Below, one piece after another: positions 13,801 to 28,800 of a stretch of 64,000 nucleotides of DNA. The notes beneath the pieces were generated by a model. The model did not search any database, was not told the origin of the DNA, and saw only the letters and a program-made list of their open reading frames with translations. The first letter of the stretch is position 1; each line of letters begins with the position of its first letter. A program made the translations under genes and the position numbers. Source of the stretch: the human T2T-CHM13v2.0 reference genome, Homo sapiens; NCBI RefSeq assembly GCF_009914755.1, contig NC_060948.1; one strand, 5' to 3'.

Positions 13801-16800
13801 TGCATTGGAATGGAATGTCCTCTAATGGAATGGATTCGAGTGGAATGGAATTGAATATAATGGAGTCGAATGAAATGGAATTGAAAGGAATGGGATCGAA
13901 TACAATGGAATATACTGGAATGTAACGTAATGAACTCGAATGTAATTGACTGGAATGGAATGTACATGAATGGAATGTAATCGAATGGAAAGTAATCCAA
14001 TGGAATAGAATCTAATGCAATAAAATCGACTCAGATAGAGTAGAATGTAATGGAATGGAGTGCAGTGCAATGGAATGGAATGGAATGGAATGCAATGGAA
14101 TGGAATGGAATGGAATGGAATGGAATGGAATGGGATGGAATGGTATGGAATGGATAGTAATAGACTGGAGTGAAATGGACTGGAAAGGAATGGACTCAAA
14201 TTGAAAGGGCTCGAAAGGAATGGAGTCAAATGGAATGGTCTGGAATGGAATGAACACGAATGTAATGCAACCCAATAGAATGGAATCGAATGGCATGGAA
14301 TATAAAGAAATGGAATCGAAGAGAATGGAAACAAATGGAATGGAATTGAATGGAATGGAATTGAATGGAATGGGAACGAATGGAGTGAAATTGTATGCAG
14401 TAGAAGAGAATAGAATGGAATGCAAGCGAAAGGAAAGGAATGGATTGGAATGGAATGGAATTCATTGGAATGGAAGGGAATGTAGTGTAATGGACAGGCC
14501 TGGAATAAAGTGGAATGCTACGGTCTCGAATGGAATAAAAATGTATGGAATGGAATGCAATGAAACGGAATCGAATGTCATAGAATGTAATGGAATGCAA
14601 AAAAATGGAATCCAAAATCATTGACTGGAAAGGCTGGGTGTCGAAAGGAATTGACTCCAATGGAATGGAATCGAATGGAATGGAAGTGAATAGAATCGAA
14701 CTAAATCGAATGGAATGGAATTGATAGGAACGGAATGGAAAGGAATGCAATGATTTGGCATGGAATGGAATCGAATGGCATCGAATGGAATGGAATGGAA
14801 TGCAATGGAATGGAATGTATTAGAATGTAATGAACTTTAATGGAATGTACTCGAATGGATTCGACTGGAATGGAATGTTCTGGAAGTGAATGGACTCCAA
14901 TGGAATGGATTCAAAAGGAATGGAATCGTACGGAATGGAATCTAATGGAATGGAATTAAATGGAAATGAATCAAATTGAATAGCACGGAATTGAATTGAA
15001 TGGAATGGAATGCAATGGAATCTAATGAAACGGAAAGGAAAGGAATGGAATGGAATGGAATGGGCTGGAATGGAAAGGAATCGAAACGAATGGAATGGAA
15101 TCGAACTGAAGAGACTGGAATGGAATGCACTGGAATGGAAGGGAGTGTAATGGAAGGTTGTCGAAAAAAATGGAATCGAATGGAATGGAATTGAATGGAA
15201 CGGAATAGAGTCGAATGGAATTGAATGGAATGGAATGGACTAGAGTGAAATGGAATCGAACCACAAGGAATGGACAGGAATAGAATGGTCTCGAATTGAA
15301 TGGAATCGTATGGAATGGCATCAAACGGAATGGAATGGACAGCCACGGAATGGAATGCACTCGAATGCAATGGAGTCGAAACTAATGGACTGGAATAGAA
15401 TGGACTCGACTGGTACGGACTCCAATGGAATGGAATCGAATGGAAGGGAATCGAACGGAAGGGAATCGAACGGAATGGACTCGAAGGGAAAAGACTGCAA
15501 TGGAAAGGTCTCGAATGGAATGGAAATTAATGGAATGGAATGGAATCGAATGAAATGGAGTCAAAAGGAATGGAATCGAATGGCAAGAAATCTAATGTAA
15601 TGGAATCGCCAGGAATTGATGTGAACGGAACGGAATGGAATGGAATCCAAAGGAATGGAATAGAATGGAATGGAATCGAATGGAAAGGACTCCAATGGAA
15701 ATCACTCGAATAGAATGCAATTTAATAAAATAGGATCAAATGTAATGGAATGGAATGGAAAGGAATCGAAACGAAAGGAATGGAGACAGATGGAATGGAA
15801 TGGAACAGAGAGCAATGGTATAGAATGGAATGGAATCATCTGGAATGGAATTGAATGGAATGGAATAATATGAAATGGAATGGAATGGAATGGAATGGAA
15901 TGCCCTTGAATTAAATGGACTGGAATGGAATGGACTCAAACAGAGTGGAATGGAAAGTGTGGAGATAGAATGGAATGAACTCCTTTGGAATGGTGTAGTA
16001 TGCAATGCAATCGACTGGCAGGGAATCAAAAGGAATGTAATCGAATGGATTGGACTGGAATGCAATGGACTCGAATAGATTGGAAACGGAATGCAAAGGA
16101 ATGGAATGGAATAGTATGGAATGCAATGGAAGGGAATGGAGTGGAATAGACTAGAGTGGAATGGAATGGACTGGAAAGCAATGGACTGGAATGGAACTTT
16201 CTTGGATGGACTGGAACCAAACGGAATGGAATGCAATGCAATCAAATGGCATGGAATAAAATAGAATGAAAGAGAATCAAATGGAATTGAATCGAATGGA
16301 ATCGAATGGATTGGAAAGGAATAGAATGGAATGGAATGGAATTGACTCAAATTGAATGGACTAGAATGGAATGGATTCGAATGGAAGGCAAAGGAATGGA
16401 ATCTATTGGAATGGACTGTAATGGAATGGAATGGAAGGGATTGGAATGGACTCGAATGGAATGGACTGCAATAGAAAGGATTCGAATGGAATGAAAAAGA
16501 ATTGAATGGAATAGAACAGAATGGAATCAAATCGAATGAAATGGAATGGAATAGAAAGGAATGGAATGAAATGGAATGGAAAGGATTCGAATGGAATGCA
16601 ATCGAATGGAATGGAATCGAACGGAATGGAATAAAATGGAAGAAAACTGGCAAGAAATGGAATCGAAATGAATGGAGTGTTATGGAACGGACTCAAAAGG
16701 AATTGAATGTAATAGAATGGAGTGGAGTGGACTCGAATATAATGGACTGGAATGGAATGAAATCACATGGAATGGGAACGAATGGAATGGAATGGAAAGG

Positions 16801-19800
16801 AATGGAATCGAATGGAAAGGAATCGAATGGAAGGGAATGAAATTGAATCAACAGGAATGGAAGGGAATAGAATAGACTGTAATGGAATGGACTCGAATAG
16901 AATGGACACGAATGCTCAAATTAAATGGACTCGAATGGAATGGAAACGAAAGGAATGTCATCGAATGGAATTGAATCGATTGGAATGAAATCGCATAGAA
17001 TGGAGTGGAATCAAATGGAATTGAATCGAAAGGAAAGGAAGCGAATGGACTGAAATGAAATGGAATGGAATTGAATGGAAAGTAATGCAATGGAATAGAA
17101 TGGAACGAAATTTCACGGAATGGAATCAAACTGAATGGAATCAAATCAATGGAATCAAATCAAATGGAATGGAAAGGAATTGAATGGAGTAGATGGGATT
17201 GGATGGGATTGGAATGAAATGTACTGGAAAGGACTCGAATTTCATGAAACGGAATGGAATGAATTGGAACGGAATGGACTCGAATGGAATGGAATGTCAT
17301 GGGATGGCATCAAACGGAATGGCATCAAATGGAATGGAATCGAATGCAATGGAATGCTATGGAATGGAATGGAATGCATTGGAATGGAATGTCCTCTAAT
17401 GGAATGGATTCGAGTGGAATGGAATTGAATATAATGGAGTCGAATGAAATGGAATTGAAAGGAATGGGATCGAATACAATGGAATATACTGGAATGTAAC
17501 GTAATGAACTCGAATGTAATTGACTGGAATGGAATGTACATGAATGGAATGTAATCGAATGGAAAGTAATCCAATGGAATAGAATCTAATGCAATAAAAT
17601 CGACTCAGATAGAGTAGAATGTAATGGAATGGAGTGCAGTGCAATGGAATGGAATGGAATGGAATGGAATGGAATGGAATGGAATGGAATGGGATGGAAT
17701 GGTATGGAATGGATAGTAATGGACTGGAGTGAAATGGACTGGAAAGGAATGGACTCAAATTGAAAGGGCACGAAAGGAATGGAGTCAAATGGAATGGTCT
17801 GGAATGGAATGAACACGAATGTAATGCAACCCAATAGAATGGAATCGAATGGCATGGAATATAAAGAAATGGAATCGAAGAGAATGGAAACAAATGGAAT
17901 GGAATTGAATGGAATGGGAACGAATGGAGTGAAATTGTATGCAGTAGAAGTGAATAGAATGGAATGCAAGCGAAAGGAAAGGAATGGATTGGAATGGAAT
18001 GGAATTCATTGGAATGGAAGGGAATGTAGTGTAATGGACAGGCCTGGAATAAAGTGGAATGCTACGGTCTCGAATGGAATAAAAATGTATGGAATGGAAT
18101 GCAATGAAACGGAATCGAATGTCATAGAATGTAATGGAATGCAAAAAAATGGAATCCAAAATCATTGACTGGAAAGGCTGGGTGTCGAAAGGAATTGACT
18201 CCAATGGAATGGAATCGAATGGAATGGAAGTGAATAGAATCGAACTAAATCGAATGGAATGGAATTGATAGGAACGGAATGGAAAGGAATGCAATGATTT
18301 GGCATGGAATGGAATCGAATGGCATCGAATGGAATGGAATGGAATGCAATGGAATGGAATGTATTAGAATGGAATGAACTTTAATGGAATGTACTCGAAT
18401 GGATTCGACTGGAATGGAATGTTCTGGAAGTGAATGGACTCCAATGGAATGGATTCAAAAGGAATGGAATCGTACGGAATGGAATCTAATGGAATGGAAT
18501 TAAATGGAAATGAATCAAATTGAATAGCACGGAATTGAATTGAATGGAATGGAATGCAATGGAATCTAATGAAACGGAAAGGAAAGGAATGGAATGGAAT
18601 GGAATGGGCTGGAATGGAAAGGAATCGAAACGAATGGAATGGAATCGAACTGAAGAGACTGGAATGGAATGCACTGGAATGGAAGGGAGTGTAATGGAAG
18701 GTTGTCGAAAAAAATGGAATCGAATGGAATGGAATTGAATGGAACGGAATAGAGTCGAATGGAATTGAATGGAATGGAATGGACTAGAGTGAAATGGAAT
18801 CGAACCACAAGGAATGGACAGGAATAGAATGGTCTCGAATTGAATGGAATCGTATGGAATGGCATCAAACGGAATGGAATGGACAGCCACGGAATGGAAT
18901 GCACTCGAATGCAATGGAGTCGAAACTAATGGACTGGAATAGAATGGACTCGACTGGTACGGACTCCAATGGAATGGAATCGAATGGAAGGGAATCGAAC
19001 GGAAGGGAATCGAACGGAATGGACTCGAAGGGAAAAGACTGCAATGGAAAGGTCTCGAATGGAATGGAAATTAATGGAATGGAATGGAATCGAATGAAAT
19101 GGAGTCAAAAGGAATGGAATCGAATGGCAAGAAATCTAATGTAATGGAATCGCCAGGAATTGATGTGAACGGAACGGAATGGAATGGAATCCAAAGGAAT
19201 GGAATAGAATGGAATGGAATCGAATGGAAAGGACTCCAATGGAAATCACTCGAATAGAATGCAATTTAATAAAATAGGATCAAATGTAATGGAATGGAAT
19301 GGAAAGGAATCGAAACGAAAGGAATGGAGACAGATGGAATGGAATGGAACAGAGAGCAATGGTATAGAATGGAATGGAATCATCTGGAATGGAATTGAAT
19401 GGAATGGAATAATATGAAATGGAATGGAATGGAATGGAGTGGAATGCCCTTGAATTAAATGGACTGGAATGGAATGGACTCAAACAGAGTGGAATGGAAA
19501 GTGTGGAGATAGAATGGAATGAACTCCTTTGGAATGGTGTAGTATGCAATGCAATCGACTGGCAGGGAATCAAAAGAAATGTAATCGAATGGATTGGACT
19601 GGAATGCAATGGACTCGAATAGATTGGAAACGGAATGCAAAGGAATGGAATGGAATAGTATGGAATGCAATGGAAGGGAATGGAGTGGAATAGACTAGAG
19701 TGGAATGGAATGGACTGGAAAGCAATGGACTGGAATGGAACTTTCTTGGATGGACTGGAATCAAACGGAATGGAATGCAATGCAATCAAATGGCATGGAA

Positions 19801-22800
19801 TAAAATAGAATGAAAGAGAATCAAATGGAATTGAATCGAATGGAATCGAATGGATTGGAAATGAATAGAATGGAATGGAATGGAATTGACTCAAATGGAA
19901 TGGACTAGAATGGAATGGATTCGAATGGAAGGCAAAGGAATGGAATCTATTGGAATGGACTGTAATGGAATGGAATGGAAGGGATTGGAATGGACTCGAA
20001 TGGAATGGACTGCAATAGAAAGGATTCGAATGGAATGAAAAAGAATTGAATGGAATAGAACAGAATGGAATCAAATCGAATGAAATGGAATGGAATAGAA
20101 AGGAATGGAATGAAATGGAATGGAAAGGATTCGAATGTAATGCAATCGAATGGAATGGAATCGAACGGAATGGAATAAAATGGAAGAAAACTGGCAAGAA
20201 ATGGAATCGAAATGAATGGAGTGTTATGGAACGGACTCAAACGGAATTGAATGTAATAGAATGGAGTGGAGTGGACTCGAATATAATGGACTGGAATGGA
20301 ATGAAATCACATGGAATGGGAACGAATGGAATGGAATGGAAAGGAATGGAATCGAATGGAAAGGAATCGAATGGAAGGGAATGAAATTGAATCAACACGA
20401 ATGGAAGGGAATAGAATAGACTGTAATGGAATGGACTCGAATAGAATGGACACGAATGCTCAAATTAAATGGACTCGAATGGAATGGAAACGAAAGGAAT
20501 GTCATCGAATGGAATTGAATCGATTGGAATGAAATCGCATAGAATGGAGTGGAATCAAATGGAATTGAATCGAAAGGAAAGGAAGCGAATGGACTGAAAT
20601 GAAATGGAATGGAATTGTATGGAAAGTAATGCAATGGAATAGAATGGAACGAAATTTCACGGAATGGAATCAAACTGAATGGAATCAAATCAATGGAATC
20701 AAATCAAATGGAATGGAAAGGAATTGAATGGAGTAGATGGGATTGGATGGGATTGGAATGAAATGTACTGGAAAGGACTCGAATTTCATGAAACGGAATG
20801 GAATGAATTGGAACGGAATGGACTCGAATGGAATGGAATGTCATGGGATGGCATCAAATGGAATGGCATCAAATGGAATGGAATCGAATGCAATGGAATG
20901 CTGTGGAATGGAATGGAATGCATTGGAATGGAATGTCCTCTAATGGAATGGATTCGAGTGGAATGGAATTGAATATAATGGAGTCGAATGAAATGGAATT
21001 GAAAGGAATGGGATCGAATACAATGGAATATACTGGAATGTAACGTAATGAACTCGAATGTAATTGACTGGAATGGAATGTACATGAATGGAATGTAATC
21101 GAATGGAAAGTAATCCAATGGAATAGAATCTAATGCAATAAAATCGACTCAGATAGAGTAGAATGTAATGGAATGGAGTGCAGTGCAATGGAATGGAATG
21201 GAATGGAATGCAATGGAATGGAATGGAATGGAATGGAATGGAATGGAATGGGATGGAATGGTATGGAATGGATAGTAATAGACTGGAGTGAAATGGACTG
21301 GAAAGGAATGGACTCAAATTGAAAGGGCTCGAAAGGAATGGAGTCAAATGGAATGGTCTGGAATGGAATGAACACGAATGTAATGCAACCCAATAGAATG
21401 GAATCGAATGGCATGGAATATAAAGAAATGGAATCGAAGAGAATGGAAACAAATGGAATGGAATTGAATGGAATGGAATTGAATGGAATGGGAACGAATG
21501 GAGTGAAATTGTATGCAGTAGAAGAGAATAGAATGGAATGCAAGCGAAAGGAAAGGAATGGATTGGAATGGAATGGAATTCATTGGAATGGAAGGGAATG
21601 TAGTGTAATGGACAGGCCTGGAATAAAGTGGAATGCTACGGTCTCGAATGGAATAAAAATGTATGGAATGGAATGCAATGAAACGGAATCGAATGTCATA
21701 GAATGTAATGGAATGCAAAAAAATGGAATCCAAAATCATTGACTGGAAAGGCTGGGTGTCGAAAGGAATTGACTCCAATGGAATGGAATCGAATGGAATG
21801 GAAGTGAATAGAATCGAACTAAATCGAATGGAATGGAATTGATAGGAACGGAATGGAAAGGAATGCAATGATTTGGCATGGAATGGAATCGAATGGCATC
21901 GAATGGAATGGAATGGAATGCAATGGAATGGAATGTATTAGAATGTAATGAACTTTAATGGAATGTACTCGAATGGATTCGACTGGAATGGAATGTTCTG
22001 GAAGTGAATGGACTCCAATGGAATGGATTCAAAAGGAATGGAATCGTACGGAATGGAATCTAATGGAATGGAATTAAATGGAAATGAATCAAATTGAATA
22101 GCACGGAATTGAATTGAATGGAATGGAATGCAATGGAATCTAATGAAACGGAAAGGAAAGGAATGGAATGGAATGGAATGGGCTGGAATGGAAAGGAATC
22201 GAAACGAATGGAATGGAATCGAACTGAAGAGACTGGAATGGAATGCACTGGAATGGAAGGGAGTGTAATGGAAGGTTGTCGAAAAAAATGGAATCGAATG
22301 GAATGGAATTGAATGGAACGGAATAGAGTCGAATGGAATTGAATGGAATGGAATGGACTAGAGTGAAATGGAATCGAACCACAAGGAATGGACAGGAATA
22401 GAATGGTCTCGAATTGAATGGAATCGTATGGAATGGCATCAAACGGAATGGAATGGACAGCCACGGAATGGAATGCACTCGAATGCAATGGAGTCGAAAC
22501 TAATGGACTGGAATAGAATGGACTCGACTGGTACGGACTCCAATGGAATGGAATCGAATGGAAGGGAATCGAACGGAAGGGAATCGAACGGAATGGACTC
22601 GAAGGGAAAAGACTGCAATGGAAAGGTCTCGAATGGAATGGAAATTAATGGAATGGAATGGAATCGAATGAAATGGAGTCAAAAGGAATGGAATCGAATG
22701 GCAAGAAATCTAATGTAATGGAATCGCCAGGAATTGATGTGAACGGAACGGAATGGAATGGAATCCAAAGGAATGGAATAGAATGGAATGGAATCGAATG

Positions 22801-25800
22801 GAAAGGACTCGAATGGAAATCACTCGAATAGAATGCAATTTAATAAAATAGGATCAAATGTAATGGAATGGAATGGAAAGGAATCGAAACGAAAGGAATG
22901 GAGACAGATGGAATGGAATGGAACAGAGAGCAATGGTATAGAATGGAATGGAATCATCTGGAATGGAATTGAATGGAATGGAATAATATGAAATGGAATG
23001 GAATGGAATGGAATGGAATGCCCTTGAATTAAATGGACTGGAATGGAATGGACTCAAACAGAGTGGAATGGAAAGTGTGGAGATAGAATGGAATGAACTC
23101 CTTTGGAATGGTGTAGTATGCAATGCAATCGACTGGCAGGGAATCAAAAGGAATGTAATCGAATGGATTGGACTGGAATGCAATGGACTCGAATAGATTG
23201 GAAACGGAATGCAAAGGAATGGAATGGAATAGTATGGAATGCAATGGAAGGGAATGGAGTGGAATAGACTAGAGTGGAATGGAATGGACTGGAAAGCAAT
23301 GGACTGGAATGGAACTTTCTTGGATGGACTGGAACCAAACGGAATGGAATGCAATGCAATCAAATGGCATGGAATAAAATAGAATGAAAGAGAATCAAAT
23401 GGAATTGAATCGAATGGAATCGAATGGATTGGAAAGGAATAGAATGGAATGGAATGGAATTGACTCAAATTGAATGGACTAGAATGGAATGGATTCGAAT
23501 GGAAGGCAAAGGAATGGAATCTATTGGAATGGACTGTAATGGAATGGAATGGAAGGGATTGGAATGGACTCGAATGGAATGGACTGCAATAGAAAGGATT
23601 CGAATGGAATGAAAAAGAATTGAATGGAATAGAACAGAATGGAATCAAATCGAATGAAATGGAATGGAATAGAAAGGAATGGAATGAAATGGAATGGAAA
23701 GGATTCGAATGGAATGCAATCGAATGGAATGGAATCGAACGGAATGGAATAAAATGGAAGAAAACTGGCAAGAAATGGAATCGAAATGAATGGAGTGTTA
23801 TGGAACGGACTCAAAAGGAATTGAATGTAATAGAATGGAGTGGAGTGGACTCGAATATAATGGACTGGAATGGAATGAAATCACATGGAATGGGAACGAA
23901 TGGAATGGAATGGAAAGGAATGGAATCGAATGGAAAGGAATCGAATGGAAGGGAATGAAATTGAATCAACAGGAATGGAAGGGAATAGAATAGACTGTAA
24001 TGGAATGGACTCGAATAGAATGGACACGAATGCTCAAATTAAATGGACTCGAATGGAATGGAAACGAAAGGAATGTCATCGAATGGAATTGAATCGATTG
24101 GAATGAAATCGCATAGAATGGAGTGGAATCAAATGGAATTGAATCGAAAGGAAAGGAAGCGAATGGACTGAAATGAAATGGAATGGAATTGAATGGAAAG
24201 TAATGCAATGGAATAGAATGGAACGAAATTTCACGGAATGGAATCAAACTGAATGGAATCAAATCAATGGAATCAAATCAAATGGAATGGAAAGGAATTG
24301 AATGGAGTAGATGGGATTGGATGGGATTGGAATGAAATGTACTGGAAAGGACTCGAATTTCATGAAACGGAATGGAATGAATTGGAACGGAATGGACTCG
24401 AATGGAATGGAATGTCATGGGATGGCATCAAACGGAATGGCATCAAATGGAATGGAATCGAATGCAATGGAATGCTATGGAATGGAATGGAATGCATTGG
24501 AATGGAATGTCCTCTAATGGAATGGATTCGAGTGGAATGGAATTGAATATAATGGAGTCGAATGAAATGGAATTGAAAGGAATGGGATCGAATACAATGG
24601 AATATACTGGAATGTAACGTAATGAACTCGAATGTAATTGACTGGAATGGAATGTACATGAATGGAATGTAATCGAATGGAAAGTAATCCAATGGAATAG
24701 AATCTAATGCAATAAAATCGACTCAGATAGAGTAGAATGTAATGGAATGGAGTGCAGTGCAATGGAATGGAATGGAATGGAATGGAATGGAATGGAATGG
24801 AATGGAATGGGATGGAATGGTATGGAATGGATAGTAATGGACTGGAGTGAAATGGACTGGAAAGGAATGGACTCAAATTGAAAGGGCACGAAAGGAATGG
24901 AGTCAAATGGAATGGTCTGGAATGGAATGAACACGAATGTAATGCAACCCAATAGAATGGAATCGAATGGCATGGAATATAAAGAAATGGAATCGAAGAG
25001 AATGGAAACAAATGGAATGGAATTGAATGGAATGGGAACGAATGGAGTGAAATTGTATGCAGTAGAAGTGAATAGAATGGAATGCAAGCGAAAGGAAAGG
25101 AATGGATTGGAATGGAATGGAATTCATTGGAATGGAAGGGAATGTAGTGTAATGGACAGGCCTGGAATAAAGTGGAATGCTACGGTCTCGAATGGAATAA
25201 AAATGTATGGAATGGAATGCAATGAAACGGAATCGAATGTCATAGAATGTAATGGAATGCAAAAAAATGGAATCCAAAATCATTGACTGGAAAGGCTGGG
25301 TGTCGAAAGGAATTGACTCCAATGGAATGGAATCGAATGGAATGGAAGTGAATAGAATCGAACTAAATCGAATGGAATGGAATTGATAGGAACGGAATGG
25401 AAAGGAATGCAATGATTTGGCATGGAATGGAATCGAATGGCATCGAATGGAATGGAATGGAATGCAATGGAATGGAATGTATTAGAATGTAATGAACTTT
25501 AATGGAATGTACTCGAATGGATTCGACTGGAATGGAATGTTCTGGAAGTGAATGGACTCCAATGGAATGGATTCAAAAGGAATGGAATCGTACGGAATGG
25601 AATCTAATGGAATGGAATTAAATGGAAATGAATCAAATTGAATAGCACGGAATTGAATTGAATGGAATGGAATGCAATGGAATCTAATGAAACGGAAAGG
25701 AAAGGAATGGAATGGAATGGAATGGGCTGGAATGGAAAGGAATCGAAACGAATGGAATGGAATCGAACTGAAGAGACTGGAATGGAATGCACTGGAATGG

Positions 25801-28800
25801 AAGGGAGTGTAATGGAAGGTTGTCGAAAAAAATGGAATCGAATGGAATGGAATTGAATGGAACGGAATAGAGTCGAATGGAATTGAATGGAATGGAATGG
25901 ACTAGAGTGAAATGGAATCGAACCACAAGGAATGGACAGGAATAGAATGGTCTCGAATTGAATGGAATCGTATGGAATGGCATCAAACGGAATGGAATGG
26001 ACAGCCACGGAATGGAATGCACTCGAATGCAATGGAGTCGAAACAAATGGACTGGAATAGAATGGACTCGACTGGTACGGACTCCAATGGAATGGAATCG
26101 AATGGAAGGGAATCGAACGGAAGGGAATCGAACGGAATGGACTCGAAGGGAAAAGACTGCAATGGAAAGGTCTCGAATGGAATGGAAATTAATGGAATGG
26201 AATGGAATCGAATGAAATGGAGTCAAAAGGAATGGAATCGAATGGCAAGAAATCTAATGTAATGGAATCGCCAGGAATTGATGTGAACGGAACGGAATGG
26301 AATGGAATCCAAAGGAATGGAATAGAATGGAATGGAATCGAATGGAAAGGACTCCAATGGAAATCACTCGAATAGAATGCAATTTAATAAAATAGGATCA
26401 AATGTAATGGAATGGAATGGAAAGGAATCGAAACGAAAGGAATGGAGACAGATGGAATGGAATGGAACAGAGAGCAATGGTATAGAATGGAATGGAATCA
26501 TCTGGAATGGAATTGAATGGAATGGAATAATATGAAATGGAATGGAATGGAATGGAGTGGAATGCCCTTGAATTAAATGGACTGGAATGGAATGGACTCA
26601 AACAGAGTGGAATGGAAAGTGTGGAGATAGAATGGAATGAACTCCTTTGGAATGGTGTAGTATGCAATGCAATCGACTGGCAGGGAATCAAAAGAAATGT
26701 AATCGAATGGATTGGACTGGAATGCAATGGACTCGAATAGATTGGAAACGGAATGCAAAGGAATGGAATGGAATAGTATGGAATGCAATGGAAGGGAATG
26801 GAGTGGAATAGACTAGAGTGGAATGGAATGGACTGGAAAGCAATGGACTGGAATGGAACTTTCTTGGATGGACTGGAATCAAACGGAATGGAATGCAATG
26901 CAATCAAATGGCATGGAATAAAATAGAATGAAAGAGAATCAAATGGAATTGAATCGAATGGAATCGAATGGATTGGAAATGAATAGAATGGAATGGAATG
27001 GAATTGACTCAAATGGAATGGACTAGAATGGAATGGATTCGAATGGAAGGCAAAGGAATGGAATCTATTGGAATGGACTGTAATGGAATGGAATGGAAGG
27101 GATTGGAATGGACTCGAATGGAATGGACTGCAATAGAAAGGATTCGAATGGAATGAAAAAGAATTGAATGGAATAGAACAGAATGGAATCAAATCGAATG
27201 AAATGGAATGGAATAGAAAGGAATGGAATGAAATGGAATGGAAAGGATTCGAATGTAATGCAATCGAATGGAATGGAATCGAACGGAATGGAATAAAATG
27301 GAAGAAAACTGGCAAGAAATGGAATCGAAATGAATGGAGTGTTATGGAACGGACTCAAACGGAATTGAATGTAATAGAATGGAGTGGAGTGGACTCGAAT
27401 ATAATGGACTGGAATGGAATGAAATCACATGGAATGGGAACGAATGGAATGGAATGGAAAGGAATGGAATCGAATGGAAAGGAATCGAATGGAAGGGAAT
27501 GAAATTGAATCAACAGGAATGGAAGGGAATAGAATAGACTGTAATGGAATGGACTCGAATAGAATGGACACGAATGCTCAAATTAAATGGACTCGAATGG
27601 AATGGAAACGAAAGGAATGTCATCGAATGGAATTGAATCGATTGGAATGAAATCGCATAGAATGGAGTGGAATCAAATGGAATTGAATCGAAAGGAAAGG
27701 AAGCGAATGGACTGAAATGAAATGGAATGGAATTGTATGGAAAGTAATGCAATGGAATAGAATGGAACGAAATTTCACGGAATGGAATCAAACTGAATGG
27801 AATCAAATCAATGGAATCAAATCAAATGGAATGGAAAGGAATTGAATGGAGTAGATGGGATTGGATGGGATTGGAATGAAATGTACTGGAAAGGACTCGA
27901 ATTTCATGAAACGGAATGGAATGAATTGGAACGGAATGGACTCGAATGGAATGGAATGTCATGGGATGGCATCAAATGGAATGGCATCAAATGGAATGGA
28001 ATCGAATGCAATGGAATGCTGTGGAATGGAATGGAATGCATTGGAATGGAATGTCCTCTAATGGAATGGATTCGAGTGGAATGGAATTGAATATAATGGA
28101 GTCGAATGAAATGGAATTGAAAGGAATGGGATCGAATACAATGGAATATACTGGAATGTAACGTAATGAACTCGAATGTAATTGACTGGAATGGAATGTA
28201 CATGAATGGAATGTAATCGAATGGAAAGTAATCCAATGGAATAGAATCTAATGCAATAAAATCGACTCAGATAGAGTAGAATGTAATGGAATGGAGTGCA
28301 GTGCAATGGAATGGAATGGAATGGAATGCAATGGAATGGAATGGAATGGAATGGAATGGAATGGAATGGAATGGAATGGGATGGAATGGTATGGAATGGA
28401 TAGTAATAGACTGGAGTGAAATGGACTGGAAAGGAATGGACTCAAATTGAAAGGGCTCGAAAGGAATGGAGTCAAATGGAATGGTCTGGAATGGAATGAA
28501 CACGAATGTAATGCAACCCAATAGAATGGAATCGAATGGCATGGAATATAAAGAAATGGAATCGAAGAGAATGGAAACAAATGGAATGGAATTGAATGGA
28601 ATGGAATTGAATGGAATGGGAACGAATGGAGTGAAATTGTATGCAGTAGAAGAGAATAGAATGGAATGCAAGCGAAAGGAAAGGAATGGATTGGAATGGA
28701 ATGGAATTCATTGGAATGGAAGGGAATGTAGTGTAATGGACAGGCCTGGAATAAAGTGGAATGCTACGGTCTCGAATGGAATAAAAATGTATGGAATGGA

